NCBI RefSeq assembly: GCF_009914755.1
Contig: NC_060932.1
DNA length: 64,000 bases
Direction: 5' to 3' (one strand)
DNA from: the human T2T-CHM13v2.0 reference genome, Homo sapiens
Part shown: positions 30,766-45,295 of the stretch, piece after piece
Layout of the letters: every line of letters begins with the position of its first letter
Position numbering within the stretch: the first letter of the stretch is position 1
Translations under genes and position numbers: made by a program
The notes under the pieces: model-generated
The model's input: only the letters and a program-made list of their open reading frames with translations
What the model was told of the DNA's origin: nothing
Database searches by the model: none

Positions 30766-31046
30766 CAACTTCTGTCAGCTTTGTGGAAGATGCCTGCACA
30801 GGGGTAGGGCCTGGAGGCAGGAAGAGAAGCAGAGGGAAGCAGACCAGAACGGAACTGCAGCAGAGAGTCGGAGCGGGGAGGCAGGCCAAAATGAAGGCAT
30901 TCCAATCTAACAGCGGTCCTGGGCTAAGGTCACCTTAGTCAGGTCAACATGCCAGGGATATGTGGATGGAAGAAGAGTCCTGGAAATTTTTCATTCTTTC
31001 TGGAGGAACTGAGAAAGCGAATGAGTATGGCAAGACATTAAACAAG

Positions 31047-31378
31047 TGTTGTAGGACTTTTCCCTTAGTTCAGCTAAGGATGAGGTCCTTGTCGCATGGC
31101 CATGAAATATTAGGCTCACAGATACTTTGAAGGATGATAAAAATGGTACTTATTGGACAAAAAGGAGAAAAAAAAAAAAAAGGAAAACAGGGACTCTCCA
31201 CAAAGCCAGAGTCCTGATAGTGTGCTTCCTGCCTCACAGATTAAATTCCAGGTTCCACCCAGGAAGAGGAAGGGCCAAGCTCCTCCCCACTGCAAATGGC
31301 GCAGACTTCTGCGACTGCAACGCAGTGCGCGGGCTGGCTGGAGTTTCCCTGGGGACCCCTTTCCACTTGGCTGTCTCA
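31047..31378 (-). mobile_element. MER61-family ERV1 solo LTR
   Basis: Reverse complement starts TGAGACAGCCAAG and ends GTCCTACAACA; TSD caag/catg. Confidence 0.8.
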
Positions 31379-31392
31379 CATGCATAAGTAAT

Positions 31393-32163
31393 TGAGACAA
31401 AACCAGTACCCCTTCTTAGGGGCCTGCTGGGCCTCCAAGCATGAAAATAAAAGAAAATCTTGAGTTCCTTCAAGGGAAATTCCAGGCACCTAGCTGGCCT
31501 TGAGAACTAAATAAGCAACTGGATAAGCAAGAAGGTAACAGTAGCTTAAAACAATACCCAAGGAAGCTAGAATCACGGGAGGTTTGATTCTCTATGGAAA
31601 CTAAAGATAACATCTTAATATATATCCCCGAATTGTTTTTCGGAAACCCAGACCCCCAGCAAGGAGATCTGCTGGCAAGTAGACCTCAGATAATGGGGAA
31701 CTAAAAAGTAAACTTTGACCACAGTTCTTGGTTCAAAATCTCTTCCTGAGGGGCCTGGAGAAAGTCACACCCAGGAGCCAGAGCTAACATTCTTTTCTGT
31801 TGACCCCAAATTTTTAAACAAATCTTCTCTTCCTTAACCAAATCAGAATCTTTGAAATCTATCTATGATCTATAAGCTCTCCTGCTCAAGATAACCGGCC
31901 CTTTTAGGCCAAAACCAATATATAACCTCCGTGTATTGATTTATGACTTTGCCTGTAACTTCTGCTTTTCTGAAATTTAGCCCTGCCTTTAAAATCCCTT
32001 ATCTGCAAGCTATCAGCGAGGTCAGGACTTAGGCATTAGCTGCCTGGTCCTCCTTGCTTGGCAACTGGCAACTAAATGCTTCACTTTTTCTTGCTGCAAT
32101 CCCGATGTCAGTGTTTGGCCTTGCTGCACCGGGTGAGCGGACACCTGGTTCGGCTCTATAACA
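31393..32163 (+). mobile_element. MER39-family ERV1 solo LTR
   Basis: tgagac...ttaggggcctgctgggcc...ctataaca; TSD taat/caat. Confidence 0.85.
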
Positions 32164-32711
32164 CAATCCATGAAGAGATTTGTAAGGGTAGTTAAGAATC
32201 TTATTAGAACCATTGCTTCCTGGGAAGTCACATGTGGACAGGTGACAGATATGATCTTCCTTTGAGAGGTGGAAGCTGCCAATTGTTGTAAATGACAAAG
32301 CTTTGGTTCCTTTACTTGGCCTACAGAGAATCCATTAGAAATCTCACCAGCAAGCCTGTCAGACTGAACAGCAGAGGAAAATCAATGTGCCCCTCACCTT
32401 ATAAAGGAAGAAAAAAAAATGAGAGAAGAGCACGGCCCTAAGGCAGAAAAAGACTACTTTACTAAAAATATGACACACCCTGAGAACAGCCAGGCATTTC
32501 TATAAGAAAAACAATAAAGAAAAGCATCCTCTTCCTAAGATAAAGTAGGCTAAAGACAAAGCTAGATAGGGCAGGGCAAAAGAACAAAGCAACCGTCTTT
32601 TATTTCTTCTTCCATTCTTCTTGAATTCTCCTGACCACTTTTTCCAGCCACCCAGCCATGTGTATGTATTTCATTAGAATATGAATGAGAAGCCCTTTGG
32701 GAGAATTGTAT

Positions 32712-32740
32712 GCTGCCATGGCAACAGTCACCATGGCAAC
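32712..32740. promoter_or_regulatory. Tandem RFX X-box motifs
   Basis: gctgccatggcaac (32712-32725) and gtcaccatggcaac (32727-32740) vs GTNRCCATGGYAAC. Confidence 0.55.
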
Positions 32741-35269
32741 TGTTAATTAATTGGATGATGATGAAGTGGAGGAAGAAAAAAAGCCAACCAGAACGGATAC
32801 AACTCTAGAGGAAGTCATGGTGTGTAGTAATTATATGAATTTCATTCAGCAAAGGCATGCAGCAGGTCAGAAATGCAAATATCTCCCCCGCAGCCACCGC
32901 CTACTCAGAGAGGCCTGCATTTGGATTAAACAAATGTGAATGAGTGGCTCAGGCCTCCTCGATTCAAAAACACACATATGGCTGCCCCAACATAGGCAGA
33001 TTCTCCAGGGAGATAAAACCTCATTCTAATACGGGGAGTTGCCCGATTCTACTGAGAGTGGCCAAGATCCATTGTGTGCCTGCCCCCATTATAGCAAATG
33101 GTACCACCCAGGGAGGAAAACAGCGTGAGATCCTGCAGAGTTGTTCAAATAGGAAGTGTCTTCTGATTGAAGGCAGGAAAGCTTGGTTTGCCACCACTGA
33201 CTCAAGATGACACAGTAGCTTGTATACACATAGATGGTTCAAAGTTCAAAAAGAACCTGGGGCTGGGGAGGTGAGATGGGATACAAATCAGAGAGCACCC
33301 TAAAGAAGCCCTCACAGGTCAGCTTTCTGTTAAGATAGACAGAGATAAAACAATTGCAGAGGTATTTTTCTACAATATTGTCCTCCCCCAACTACGCTAC
33401 CTCAATTCCCTCTCCCCTCTTATTCAAATTATATTCAGACCCCAGGGAAATGGGGGTTTGATTTCTTGAATGTTTCCTGGCAGAGAAAGTATTTAGGAAA
33501 TGTTTAGATGGTGTTAAGAAGCCATCCCACCACACTCCTCCTTCCTGGCTCTGGCCAAAAAACCTTGGCAAGAAGTACCCTAAGGTAGTAGCTTTTGTAC
33601 CTGCAGGCAAGCTCAGGTCCCCAGCTTTGCTGGCCTTGCTCTGACCCTCCCCTTATGACTATTGTAAATAAAGATGTTGGAAGTGTGTGGAGATGGGATT
33701 CTGAGAGCAACTCCTAAAGCTACAAATTCAGCCACCATCTGGCGTAGGTGGACAATGGAATTCTGCCTCATGGAGCAACGCCACTTTCTTGTCTTGACAA
33801 TAATCTGAAAAATCCAAGCTCCTCTCACAATCATATTAGTGCTCAAAAGGTGCTACAAATGATTGTTTTATCAATATCATTATTATCCAAAAGCATCTTA
33901 TCACATGGAGGCACTGGATGAGTAAGGTACAAACATGTACCTTACTTGTGCTTTCCAAAATTTTACAAAATGACCTAATGAACACTTTCTATTCATAAAG
34001 AGGTTTTCCAAAAAAAGGAAAAAGGGAAAAAAGAAGACACCTAATCTCTCTAAGCCTCCCCCTTGGAGACACTTACATGGAAATTCTAAGTCACCAAAGT
34101 GCATTCAAATTTCCCTTCTCGGTATCAGCACCCCATCACAATATGCACAAAAGCTAATATGTTCAATATGAACCTAGAACAAAGCGCACATCTGGTCATC
34201 TCACAGAGGAGAAGCACCTTTTCATTTACTCAGTCAGCCATTCCAAGAGAATCAATTTCCTCCTTTTTTTTTTTTTTCCAGATAGCCAATTACTGTTTTC
34301 GCAGATAGAACCAAAGACAGAGTGGAGGAAGGAAAAAAGAAGAAAGGCACACATGAATCAGTAGATCTGTTTCCAATAATAACCCATGCCATCTGGTCTG
34401 ACTTTCCTGTCTTCCTGACAAATACCCAACGCACCTACAAAAAGGAGCACAAAGAGCAGATTCCTATGTGATAATATGCATAGTGTACATAACTCGTGGC
34501 TTAAATGATTGACTGAAAAAGTCATTTTGCTCCATGATAAAGGAAACCATAAATGCCCCCCTTGACCTCTGAAATATTTAAAATTACTGTGAAGATTACC
34601 TCACTCTTGTTTGAGAAATCATTAAGGGTTCACCATGCAATTTGCAGAATGTCAGGGTTTCTAAGTGGTAATAAAATCTCCAGCAGATTCAGGAAAGGGA
34701 TTGAATTGGAATGTAAGTGAACACAGCTCCAGGTATCCCTGCTCCATCAGCTTGTAAACCATTTCACAATATATTCAGAACTGAACGACCATACTACTCC
34801 AGGTTCTCAAAGTGGATTTTATTTCCCTTAAAACCGAAGCCATTTATGTAGGATACGTTCAAAAGAGGCCACCCTGCAGAACCTTTGCTTTTAAAATCAC
34901 TGTAATTCATTCAAATCGAGCCACTTTTGCATGTCAGAAAGTGGCAAAGTGGTCCTATTAATGTGTAATGATGCATAGTATGGATTAAGTGTTCACACCA
35001 GTTCACTGCATATTCAGGTCAATAAATTATTGCTGATCAGAGGGAAAACTGATTTCTCTCGCTTCCTCCCAGTCAAGTGCAGATATCCAGAGATACCAGA
35101 AAGAGAAAAGGACATGGGCCAATGGATTTGGTTTTGTGTTGGTTTGTTCTTTTCATTTTAGGACTACTTTAACATATATTGCAGTGCATGGTCATAACAA
35201 TCAAGGCTCTGTTTCACATAAAATATAACCCACTGAAGCAACATACATGCATTTAATGTTTTTTAGTGA

Positions 35270-35430
35270 CTTAGCCTGGATGAACCAGAAGGCCCAGGTG
35301 CAAACCATGGCCCCATCACCCACTCCACTCTCATACAAGATACCTAGTTAAGCCTCATCTTCCATACCTCTAAAGTGGGTACAATACTTGGTTGACTTAT
35401 GTAATGTTAAGAAACTCAATGAGATCATAT
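35270..35430 (+). mobile_element. MIR relic
   Basis: aagcctcatcttccatacctctaaagtggg...aatgagatcatatatatg. Confidence 0.5.
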
Positions 35431-35586
35431 ATATGTGTATATATACATACATATATAATACCAATACATGTGTGAAAATACATACATGTATACGCACATA
35501 TGTATATACATATACACAGATGCACACACACACGTGGGTGTGCACCCGGTACATACATTACATTACTGTACTGTATATACAGTACA
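35427..35586. repeat. Degenerate (TA)/(CA) alternating purine-pyrimidine tract
   Basis: atatatatgtgtatatatacatac...cacacacacacgtg. Confidence 0.85.
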
Positions 35587-35694
35587 TTTCATTAGAATAA
35601 GAAGGAGAAGAAGCCCTTTGGAAGAATGGTCGGTGCTAAGCGCTGCAGTAGAGCACAGCAGCTAAGGCACAAGATGAGAAGAAATTCTAAGCTA

Positions 35695-36018
<324 letters not shown>

Positions 36019-36960
36019 AAAAAACAGAGATGTTTGACTGAATCGATGGAAGAACATGTCACCCTGGCAGATTTAGGAAGAAATGAGAATTAATGCAGAT
36101 ATGCATACATTCTATATGTGGAAAATAGCATCTATTTTGGTGAAGTAAGATGTGAGTTGATTTGCAAAGTGAAATGGACAAAGATTAGGTTGGGGACTGA
36201 AAAAAGTGGTGTTCCAGGATCTTACCCCAAGTGTGATTCTTCTCTGGAATACTTTTTTTCTTGCCTACTGCTGTGTGAACTGCAGAGCAGTCACCTGTTC
36301 TCAGAAGTCACATGCCTTCTTCTTGTGCTGAATGTCAGCATGATTATGGACTAGCCTTGGAGAAATCCTGGGCACAAGGACCCTCTTAAGTTCAGAAACT
36401 CTCCTTTCTTCTGAACCCCTTCATTCCACATGATCTGGCATTAGGCCGTACATCACTCCTCTTGCCTACAGCTCTTCAAGCCCTCGCCCCTGGTACCTGC
36501 AGGTGAAAACACTCCTTCCTCTGAAACTCCCGCATCCCAGTCCTGTCACCTTTGATTTTCCTTGCACTCTTGTAACCGAGCACCTGGTCACTGCCCCTAA
36601 CTCAACTGAGAAGTTCAGTCTCTTTCTCCTGGTCTTTCTCTCCTGTCCTGCTCCCGTCATCATCCTGCCAGCCTCCGTGTCCAAAAGATGACCTGGCCAA
36701 CAGTGGCTGCAAAGCTCCTTATCCTCTTGAGCTCAGGGAGAATCACCACTCTCACCCATTCTCACAGCCATACCCTGGACCTTATCATCATGTGAAAGCA
36801 AAGGCCAAAATGCCCACTTCTGACCAAAGCCCCTATTCCTTCTGACCAGCTCATTCCCTCAGGTCCAGTCTACTTTCTTGTCATGACATCCCATCAAACC
36901 TTCAGTTTTTCAGCTAGTCTCTTTGCCATTTATTCATCGTCTTTTGCATTACTATGAATC

Positions 36961-37976
36961 TTTTTTTTGTTATTTATTTTTATTTTCATTTTAAGTTCCA
37001 GGGTACATGTGCAGGATGTGCAGGTTTGTTACATAGGTAAACATGTGCCATGGTGGTTTGCTGCACCTATCAACCCATCACCTAGGTACTAGGCCCAGCA
37101 TGCATTAGCTATCCTTCCTAATGATCTCCCCACATTAGGTCCCCAATCCCCCAACAGGCCCTAGTGTGTGTTGTTCCCCTCCCTGTGCCCATGTGTTCTC
37201 ATTGTTCAGTTCCCACTTATAAGTGAGAACATGTGGTGTTTGGCTTTCTGTTCCTGTGTTAGTTTGCTGAGGATAATAGCTTCCAGCTCCATCCATGTTA
37301 CTGTAAAGGACATGATTGTGTTCCTTTTTATGGCTGCATAGTATTCCATGGTGTATGTGGAATTTTTTTTTTCCAATGTGGAATTTTACTTCATTTTCTT
37401 TATCCAGTCTATCACTGATGGGCATTTGGGTTGATTTCATGTCTTTGCTATTGTGAATAGCACTGAAATGAACATACATATACATGTATCTTTGTAATAA
37501 AATGATTTATATTCCTTTGGGTATATACCCAGTAATGGGATTGCTAGGTCAAATGGTATTTCTGGTTCTAGGTCTTTGAGGAATTGCCCCACCATCTTCC
37601 ACAATGATTGAACTAATTTACATTCCCACCAACAGTGTAAAACATTCCTATTTCTCTGCAACTTCACCAGCATCTGTTTTTTCTTTACTTTTCAATAATC
37701 ACCTTTCTGACTGGTATGAGATGGTATCTCACTGTGGTTTTGATTTGCATTTCTCTAATGATCAGTGATGTTGAGCTTTTTTTTTTTTTTGTATATTTGT
37801 TTGCTGCACAAATGTCTTCTTTTGAGAAGTGTCTGTTCATGTCCCTTTGCCCACTTTTTAATGGTTTTTTTTTCTTGTAAATTTGTTTTAAGTTCCTTAT
37901 AGACCTCGATATTAGACCTTTGTCAAATGGATAAATTGCAAAACTTTTCTCCCACTCTGTAGGTTGCCTGTTCGCT
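36961..37976 (-). mobile_element. 5'-truncated L1PA (PA8-PA10-like) 3' end
   Basis: Poly-T then ttaagttccagggtacatgtgcaggatgtgcagg...; ORF2 C-terminal remnants. Confidence 0.92.
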
Positions 37977-38579
37977 GGATCCTTTCTTATCCAACCCAAT
38001 TACCAAAAGCATCTCTTTCTTTTCCCAAAATATTCAACTCACATGAACTCCTCCCGACCTTCTGTAGCACCCTCACTACAAACCCTTAACCTTGGACCGA
38101 CACAACTTTCCACCTTCTGTGGATCCCCCACAGTTGGCAGTGCAGTGCTTCAGCATGTTCTTGGCATGTTTCCTAAAGGAAAGCATGTCAGAGTCTAAGT
38201 TGGTGCCACTGCAAACACAGGCTCTCCCACCGCAACTGTATCCTGTAGGACACTCAAATATCTTACCTTCCTAGATCACTTATCTCTCCCATTCTCACAT
38301 AATGGCTATTCCAAAACATCACAACTTTTTTCAGTCCCTAACATAATATTTGTCTATTTCACTTTGCAAATCAGCTGACATCTTACTTCACCAAAATAGA
38401 TGCTATCCACAGAAAATTCCCTCTACACATAGAACGTTTGCATACCTATATTAATTCTCCTTTCTTCCTAATCTGCCGGGTGACATGTTCTTCCATCAAT
38501 TCACTCAAACACCTTTGTTTTTTAACTTAGAACCTCTTCTCATCTGGGAATTTATCCCATAAGTCAATTCTAGTCCCTC

Positions 38580-39000
<421 letters not shown>

Positions 39001-39079
39001 TAATGCATACCTTGTGTCTCTATTTCTTTTCTCCCTAGTTACTCTCCATTCAACCCACTGCAATGGATCATATGTACAC

Positions 39080-40090
39080 TTTTACTTGGGCATGTATATC
39101 TGCCTAGGACTGACATTTATTGGTCAGAATTCAGCATTTTTTCCACTTTAGTATATAAGGCCAAACAGTTTTCCAAAGTGGTTTCCAAATTACAAATGTA
39201 TAATCCCACAAACACTGCATGAGAGAACTAGTTGCTCTGCATCCTCACCAACCTTTGGTATTTTTGGTCTGTTTCCTTTTAGCACTTCTGGTGTATAGGT
39301 ACTAGCATTTCACTGTGGTTTTAATTGGCATTTCCCTGAGTACGAAGTTGAGCAAATTTTCACATTTATTGGCCACTTAGATAAGTGCTTTTGAGAAGTG
39401 CCTAGTCAAGTATTTTGCCCATTTTTCTATTGTGTTTCTTTTTCTTATTGATTGTAAGAGTTCTTTATATGTTCTGAACATGAGTGCTTTGTGGAAAGGA
39501 TTCATACGTATGGCAAATCTTTTCCTGTTTTCTTCACCTGTATCTTCACTCTCTATGATATCTTTTGATAAACAAAAAACTTAAAATTAATGTAGTCAAT
39601 TTTTTTCCCTTATCCATTCCTTTTTAGATCCTGCTCTTTTAAAAAAATTTTAATTCTTTTTTTTTTTTTTTTTTGAGTCAGAGTCTCTCTGTCATCCAGG
39701 CTGGAGTGCAGTGGGCAATCTCAGCTCACCGCAACCTCTGCCTCCTGGGTTCACGCATTTCTCCTGCCTCAGCCTCCCAAGTAGCTGGGATTACAGGTGC
39801 GTGACATCACACCTGGCTAATTTTTTGTGTTTTTATTAGAGACAGGTTTCGCTCAGTTGGCCAGGCTGGTCTCAAACTCCTGTCTTCAAGTGATCTGTCC
39901 ACCTCAGCTTCCCAAAAATCTGGGATTACAAGGGTGAGCCACCATGCCCAGCCAGGTCCTGCTTTTTTAAAATAAAAAATATTTGCCTATTCCAAGTTCA
40001 TAAAATGGTCACCTATATTCTAAAAGTTTTATTCATTTACCTTTTATAATTAAAGTTGAAATCCATCTGGAATTGATTTGTGCTTGCAAT
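39080..40090 (-). mobile_element. Old L1M(E) ORF2 3' fragment
   Basis: gccaaacagttttccaaagtgg; ctgtggttttaattggcatttccctga; aatccatctggaattgatt. Confidence 0.75.
39646..39953 (-). mobile_element. AluS
   Basis: TSD agatcctgctcttttaaaa / aggtcctgcttttttaaaa. Confidence 0.93.
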
Positions 40091-41517
40091 ATAAATAGGA
40101 TGTTATTCAAGTTTGAATCCCTAGCACCTAATATAGCACCTGAAATTCAGCTAATCCTTAATCAATATTGTCCGAATTAAATAATGAGAAAGCATTTGAG
40201 AGATTTGAGAAGGGAAAGCAAAATTCAGGTCAGGGCTTTGTGGCATCCCAGATCTCCCCTGAGCATGTCATACACAGTATTGTGGGTTTCCTCACCTCCA
40301 GTCACTGCCCACCTTCTACATGCCCAACTTCTAACAGATCTTCATCCATTCCTTGATCTTCAACCAGAAGCCAAGACCTCAGAATTCTTGTTTGATCATT
40401 ATGATTAAAGGAGTGGCATCTTGGGAAAACTATGGCCATGTTACATTCCAACATACCTTTATGAGGACTTAAAAGCTTTCAAAAATCTAAAACCATCTTC
40501 AACCACAAAAACAGACTGCATGGAAAATAGAATGCTACTTTGAACCTTTTTAAAATAAGTCATTTTTATCAAAACAAAGATGATAAAGTACCATAAATGG
40601 AAGCTTAACTGCTTGTCATTTTCTAAAGGTCCCTTTTGAGAAATGTCAGGAAAGATACATGATTGTCTCTTGAACTAGACAAGAAATCTTCCAGTCACTG
40701 TGGTAGGACCAGTTTGTACATAAACACACCACATTTTACTCCCTGGGTTTCCAAGATGCCTCCATAGACTTATTATTCTTTGAGGTGGAAAGATATTGAA
40801 ATACAATATAAAAGATGAAAAGATAAGAAAAGGTGCACAATGAAATCTTAGACTTGATCCAAAAGGGAATGGAAACTCACATTCAGACCTAATGAAAAAA
40901 TATGCTCTGGTCAGATCCATAGCAGAGAAAAAAGAGTGCAAAAGAGGTAGCTGGAAAAACAATGAATTCCTGGTCTATGACCGTGGCCTCAAAAATAGTA
41001 AAGACAACGCTGAATGCACAGTTTAAGACGAGCCTGAATTTAGGACTGATTCCATGTTTGAAATAAAGGGCACAGGAAGACAAACATTTCTGCAGGCTCT
41101 CTGGCTTGTGGCTGTGGGAAAGTGATGACGCTGATCGGGGGAGCTGAGCTGACAGCATTTCGGGTGTGCTAAGGGGTCTGCAAGGGAGACGCACGTGGAA
41201 CAGAGTCAAATCAGTCAGCCTAGACATTGAGAGCCTCATCTGAGAACCAAGGGAACCAGGATCCAGACCAGTGTCCTGCTGTCCACTGAAAAGACTAAAA
41301 GACACAAGATGGTACATTGCATGGTATTAGCTACTCAGCTACTGGGATCCCCGAGTGCCTGACAGGTGACACAGGGGCTTGGATGACAAAGAAAACTGAC
41401 TCATGGACCCTGATAAATATTTATTGAGCATGTTTCACCGGTAGGTCTGTCAATGGGCTGAGCACTGTGATTCATCAAATGGCCTCAAACTTTTCAATAG
41501 TCAGAAGATCTAGATTC

Positions 41518-42148
<631 letters not shown>

Positions 42149-43041
42149 TTAAACTCTGTCCCTTATCAGCTGGTAAGACCTTGGTCACGTTGTTTGTTCC
42201 TTTAAGCCTCAGTTTTCTCTTCTGTAAAAATGAGCATCTGGATTAAATGCCTGAACTCCCTTCAGCTCTGAAACTCTGTGGTGTATTCTCTGAGGACATT
42301 ACCTCTCTAAGGGACCCAAATTAAACAGCTCACACCATCCATCATTTTTCTGTCTGAGGTTTTATTTCCCTAATCAGATTTGGGTAAATTTTCAGCCTCT
42401 CTCTGTCTCTTACTTCCAATCCAATAAAACCTGTATGGATTTGTTTTGTATTTCATCTAATGTCATTATTCATTCTAAGAGTCACTGCCTGACCATTTCC
42501 CTGCCTATAGCATAATTAGCTATTAAAAAGCTACACTGGCATGGTTTTCAAACTTGCATCCTCTTTTTCTGAGGTGGATTGATTCTAAACTGATTAAAAT
42601 ATCTCAGAATTTCCAATACAATTTTTAAAATGCAACAGATTTTCAAGACTGCCTCATGACTCTGCCAAGCCAAGGGAGTTAGCTGCCAACTCTCTCTGAC
42701 TGCCAAGGAAGCCAAATAAATAATCCTGATGGTGGTTTTAAAATGAGAGGCAAGTGCCCATTTCTTAGGTTGACAGTGCCACCCTACACATTGACTTCTC
42801 CAGGGTTTGTAAGACACCAAGGGTGATGTTTCAGATTTTCCCCAGAAGGACAGAGTAGCGTCCTGGACCAGTCTGCTCAGTTAGCAGATAGAAATCATTC
42901 ACCATCTTCCCTTGTTTCACATACATTCATCCTCTCAATAAAGAAGTGCTCCTTTCTCTTCCAAAACCCTGCTGAAGTTCACTGCCTCAGTGAAACCTGA
43001 GAAGAATCTCTCTAGTCATCGACCCAGAAGCTGACTCCTAA

Positions 43042-43458
<417 letters not shown>

Positions 43459-44113
43459 TGAGATCATCCAACCTAACATAGTCAATATCCCCACCCATCA
43501 TACTTGCCATCACCCAGATATCCACGTCACTTACATTACTTCCAGCTCTTCGATATGTCCTATAAATGCCAATACAATTAACCAAGTGATTTCTTGGAAT
43601 CAACAATACTGGCTTGGACTACTTACTGTGTTTTGATCCCTTTGGTATTCTCAGAACCAGGACTATCTGCAGAATCTAACACCATCATAGGACCAGACAG
43701 AAATGGTTATTGGTGGGTGTCCCAGGCACCGAGACCCCACCAACCTGAGTGACTACCTGGTATAGCCAGGAGCAAAATGCAGAGCATCCAAACCATATGG
43801 AATTAGGGGTGTCTGTTCTTTGTCTTCATGCCTTTGGAATGTGCGCTTTTCTTGTCTTTTTCTGTTAAGTTGTAGGACTCTCAAGCTAAAAACCATGTAT
43901 ATTCCCTTTCAATGCCACAATGGAATTAACTCCTCATTGTCATTTATCAAACATTGTTACCACGTTAACTATGAAAATGACAAAGAAGACAAAGGTTACC
44001 ATATCCTGGTGAGGTTAATAGGTATTGAGGACCTGCATCTCAAGACTCCAACCAACGTGACCGTCAAGATCACATCTGTGATTTGTAGGATGAAGGATTC
44101 TGTTTCCACTCAC

Positions 44114-44329
44114 CAGCATCTCCTGACAAGCTGCGGGACTGGAACCCCCTTGGGCTGATAGAATGACCCTCCAACCACGGCTGCACAAAGCTGGTAACAA
44201 GAAAATTTCCACAGCAATGTCTGTGACTTTAGATCAGAGTCAACACCTCTGTTTGGAGGCAGGTCCTCCATATTTAATACAAAGCTTTCTTTTCTGGCCT
44301 GGCATAAAATTATTTGGAATGTTTCTACC
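44114..44329 (-). other. Candidate 216-nt spliced exon (unverified)
   Basis: Minus strand: ctttgtttctatgttctgttttcttAG acceptor, CTG|GTGAGT donor, one frame open throughout. Confidence 0.4.
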
Positions 44330-44939
44330 CTAAGAAAACAGAACATAGAAACAAAGCTTTTTTATCTCCCTCCAGGTCTTGTCTCCAGATAATGAAACTC
44401 TGTCATTAGGCTTGTAAATACTCCTCACTTTAGGGGTGATGAGATTCAAACTGTGAGTCTAGGGAATTTCCTGGTAACAGCTCAGCCAGGAAAATCAAAG
44501 CTGAGTTTTCTATCCTTGATATTGAAACGTTCCTATTCAGTGAACAAGTGGTTACTGAAAATTGTATGGGGGCACTTTATGTTCTCCAAGGGACTGTGAG
44601 CCCCTGTGATGTTCACAGTCCACAATGGGGACTCAGCTGAACCTAAAGCACTCAGGCACGGCCACATGCTCCATGCTCCTTACTCTAAATAGCACCAAGT
44701 ACTCCAGGAACTTGGAGCAAAGTGGGCCTGGCCTTGAAGTACTGCCAAGATTTCTAAACACAGCAACAGGAAGGAGGCATTCCAGGCAGAGACAAGAGCA
44801 TGAACAGAAGAAAGGCAGGGCAATGTGTCTTTGGGGGATGGTGAGTGAATCCAATTCATTTGGAGTCTACTATGTAGGGGAGCATACAGAGAATACTGGG
44901 AAATTGGAATTTCTGGAGACTCATTCTATCATGTATGGC

Positions 44940-45295
44940 TGCATTAGTCCATTCTCACGCTGCTGATAAAGACATACCTGAGACTGGGTAATTTATAAAG
45001 AATAAAAGGTTTAATGGAATCATAGTTCCACGTGGCTGGGAAGGTCTCACAATCATGGTGGAAGGCAAAAGGCATGTCTTACATGGCAGCAGGCAAGAGA
45101 CAGCTTGTGCAGGGGAACTCCTCTTTATAAAACCATCAGATCTCATGAGACTTATTCACCATCATGAGAACAGCATGGGAAAGACCTGCTCCCATGATTC
45201 AATTACCTCCCACTAGGTCCCTCCCATGGCATGTGGGAATTGTGGGAACTACAATTCAAGATGAGATTTGGTGGGGACACAGCGAAACTATATCA
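44940..45295 (-). mobile_element. THE1 (THE1B/C-like) solo LTR
   Basis: tgcattagtccattctcacgctgctgataaagacatacc...actatatca; TSD atggc/atggg. Confidence 0.92.

Noticed and set aside
31047-31378. p53 response element in the MER61-like LTR
   Set aside because: Some MER61 subfamilies carry one, but I see no RRRCWWGYYY x2 match in this copy.
32392-32439. Minus-strand pyrimidine tract ending AAG|GTGAGG as a recursive splice site or 40-nt exon
   Set aside because: AAG is a poor acceptor and the pattern could arise from an A-rich run; no independent support.
40889-41317. 142-aa minus-strand ORF in apparently unique DNA
   Set aside because: No recognisable domain and no convincing splice or promoter context; length compatible with chance.
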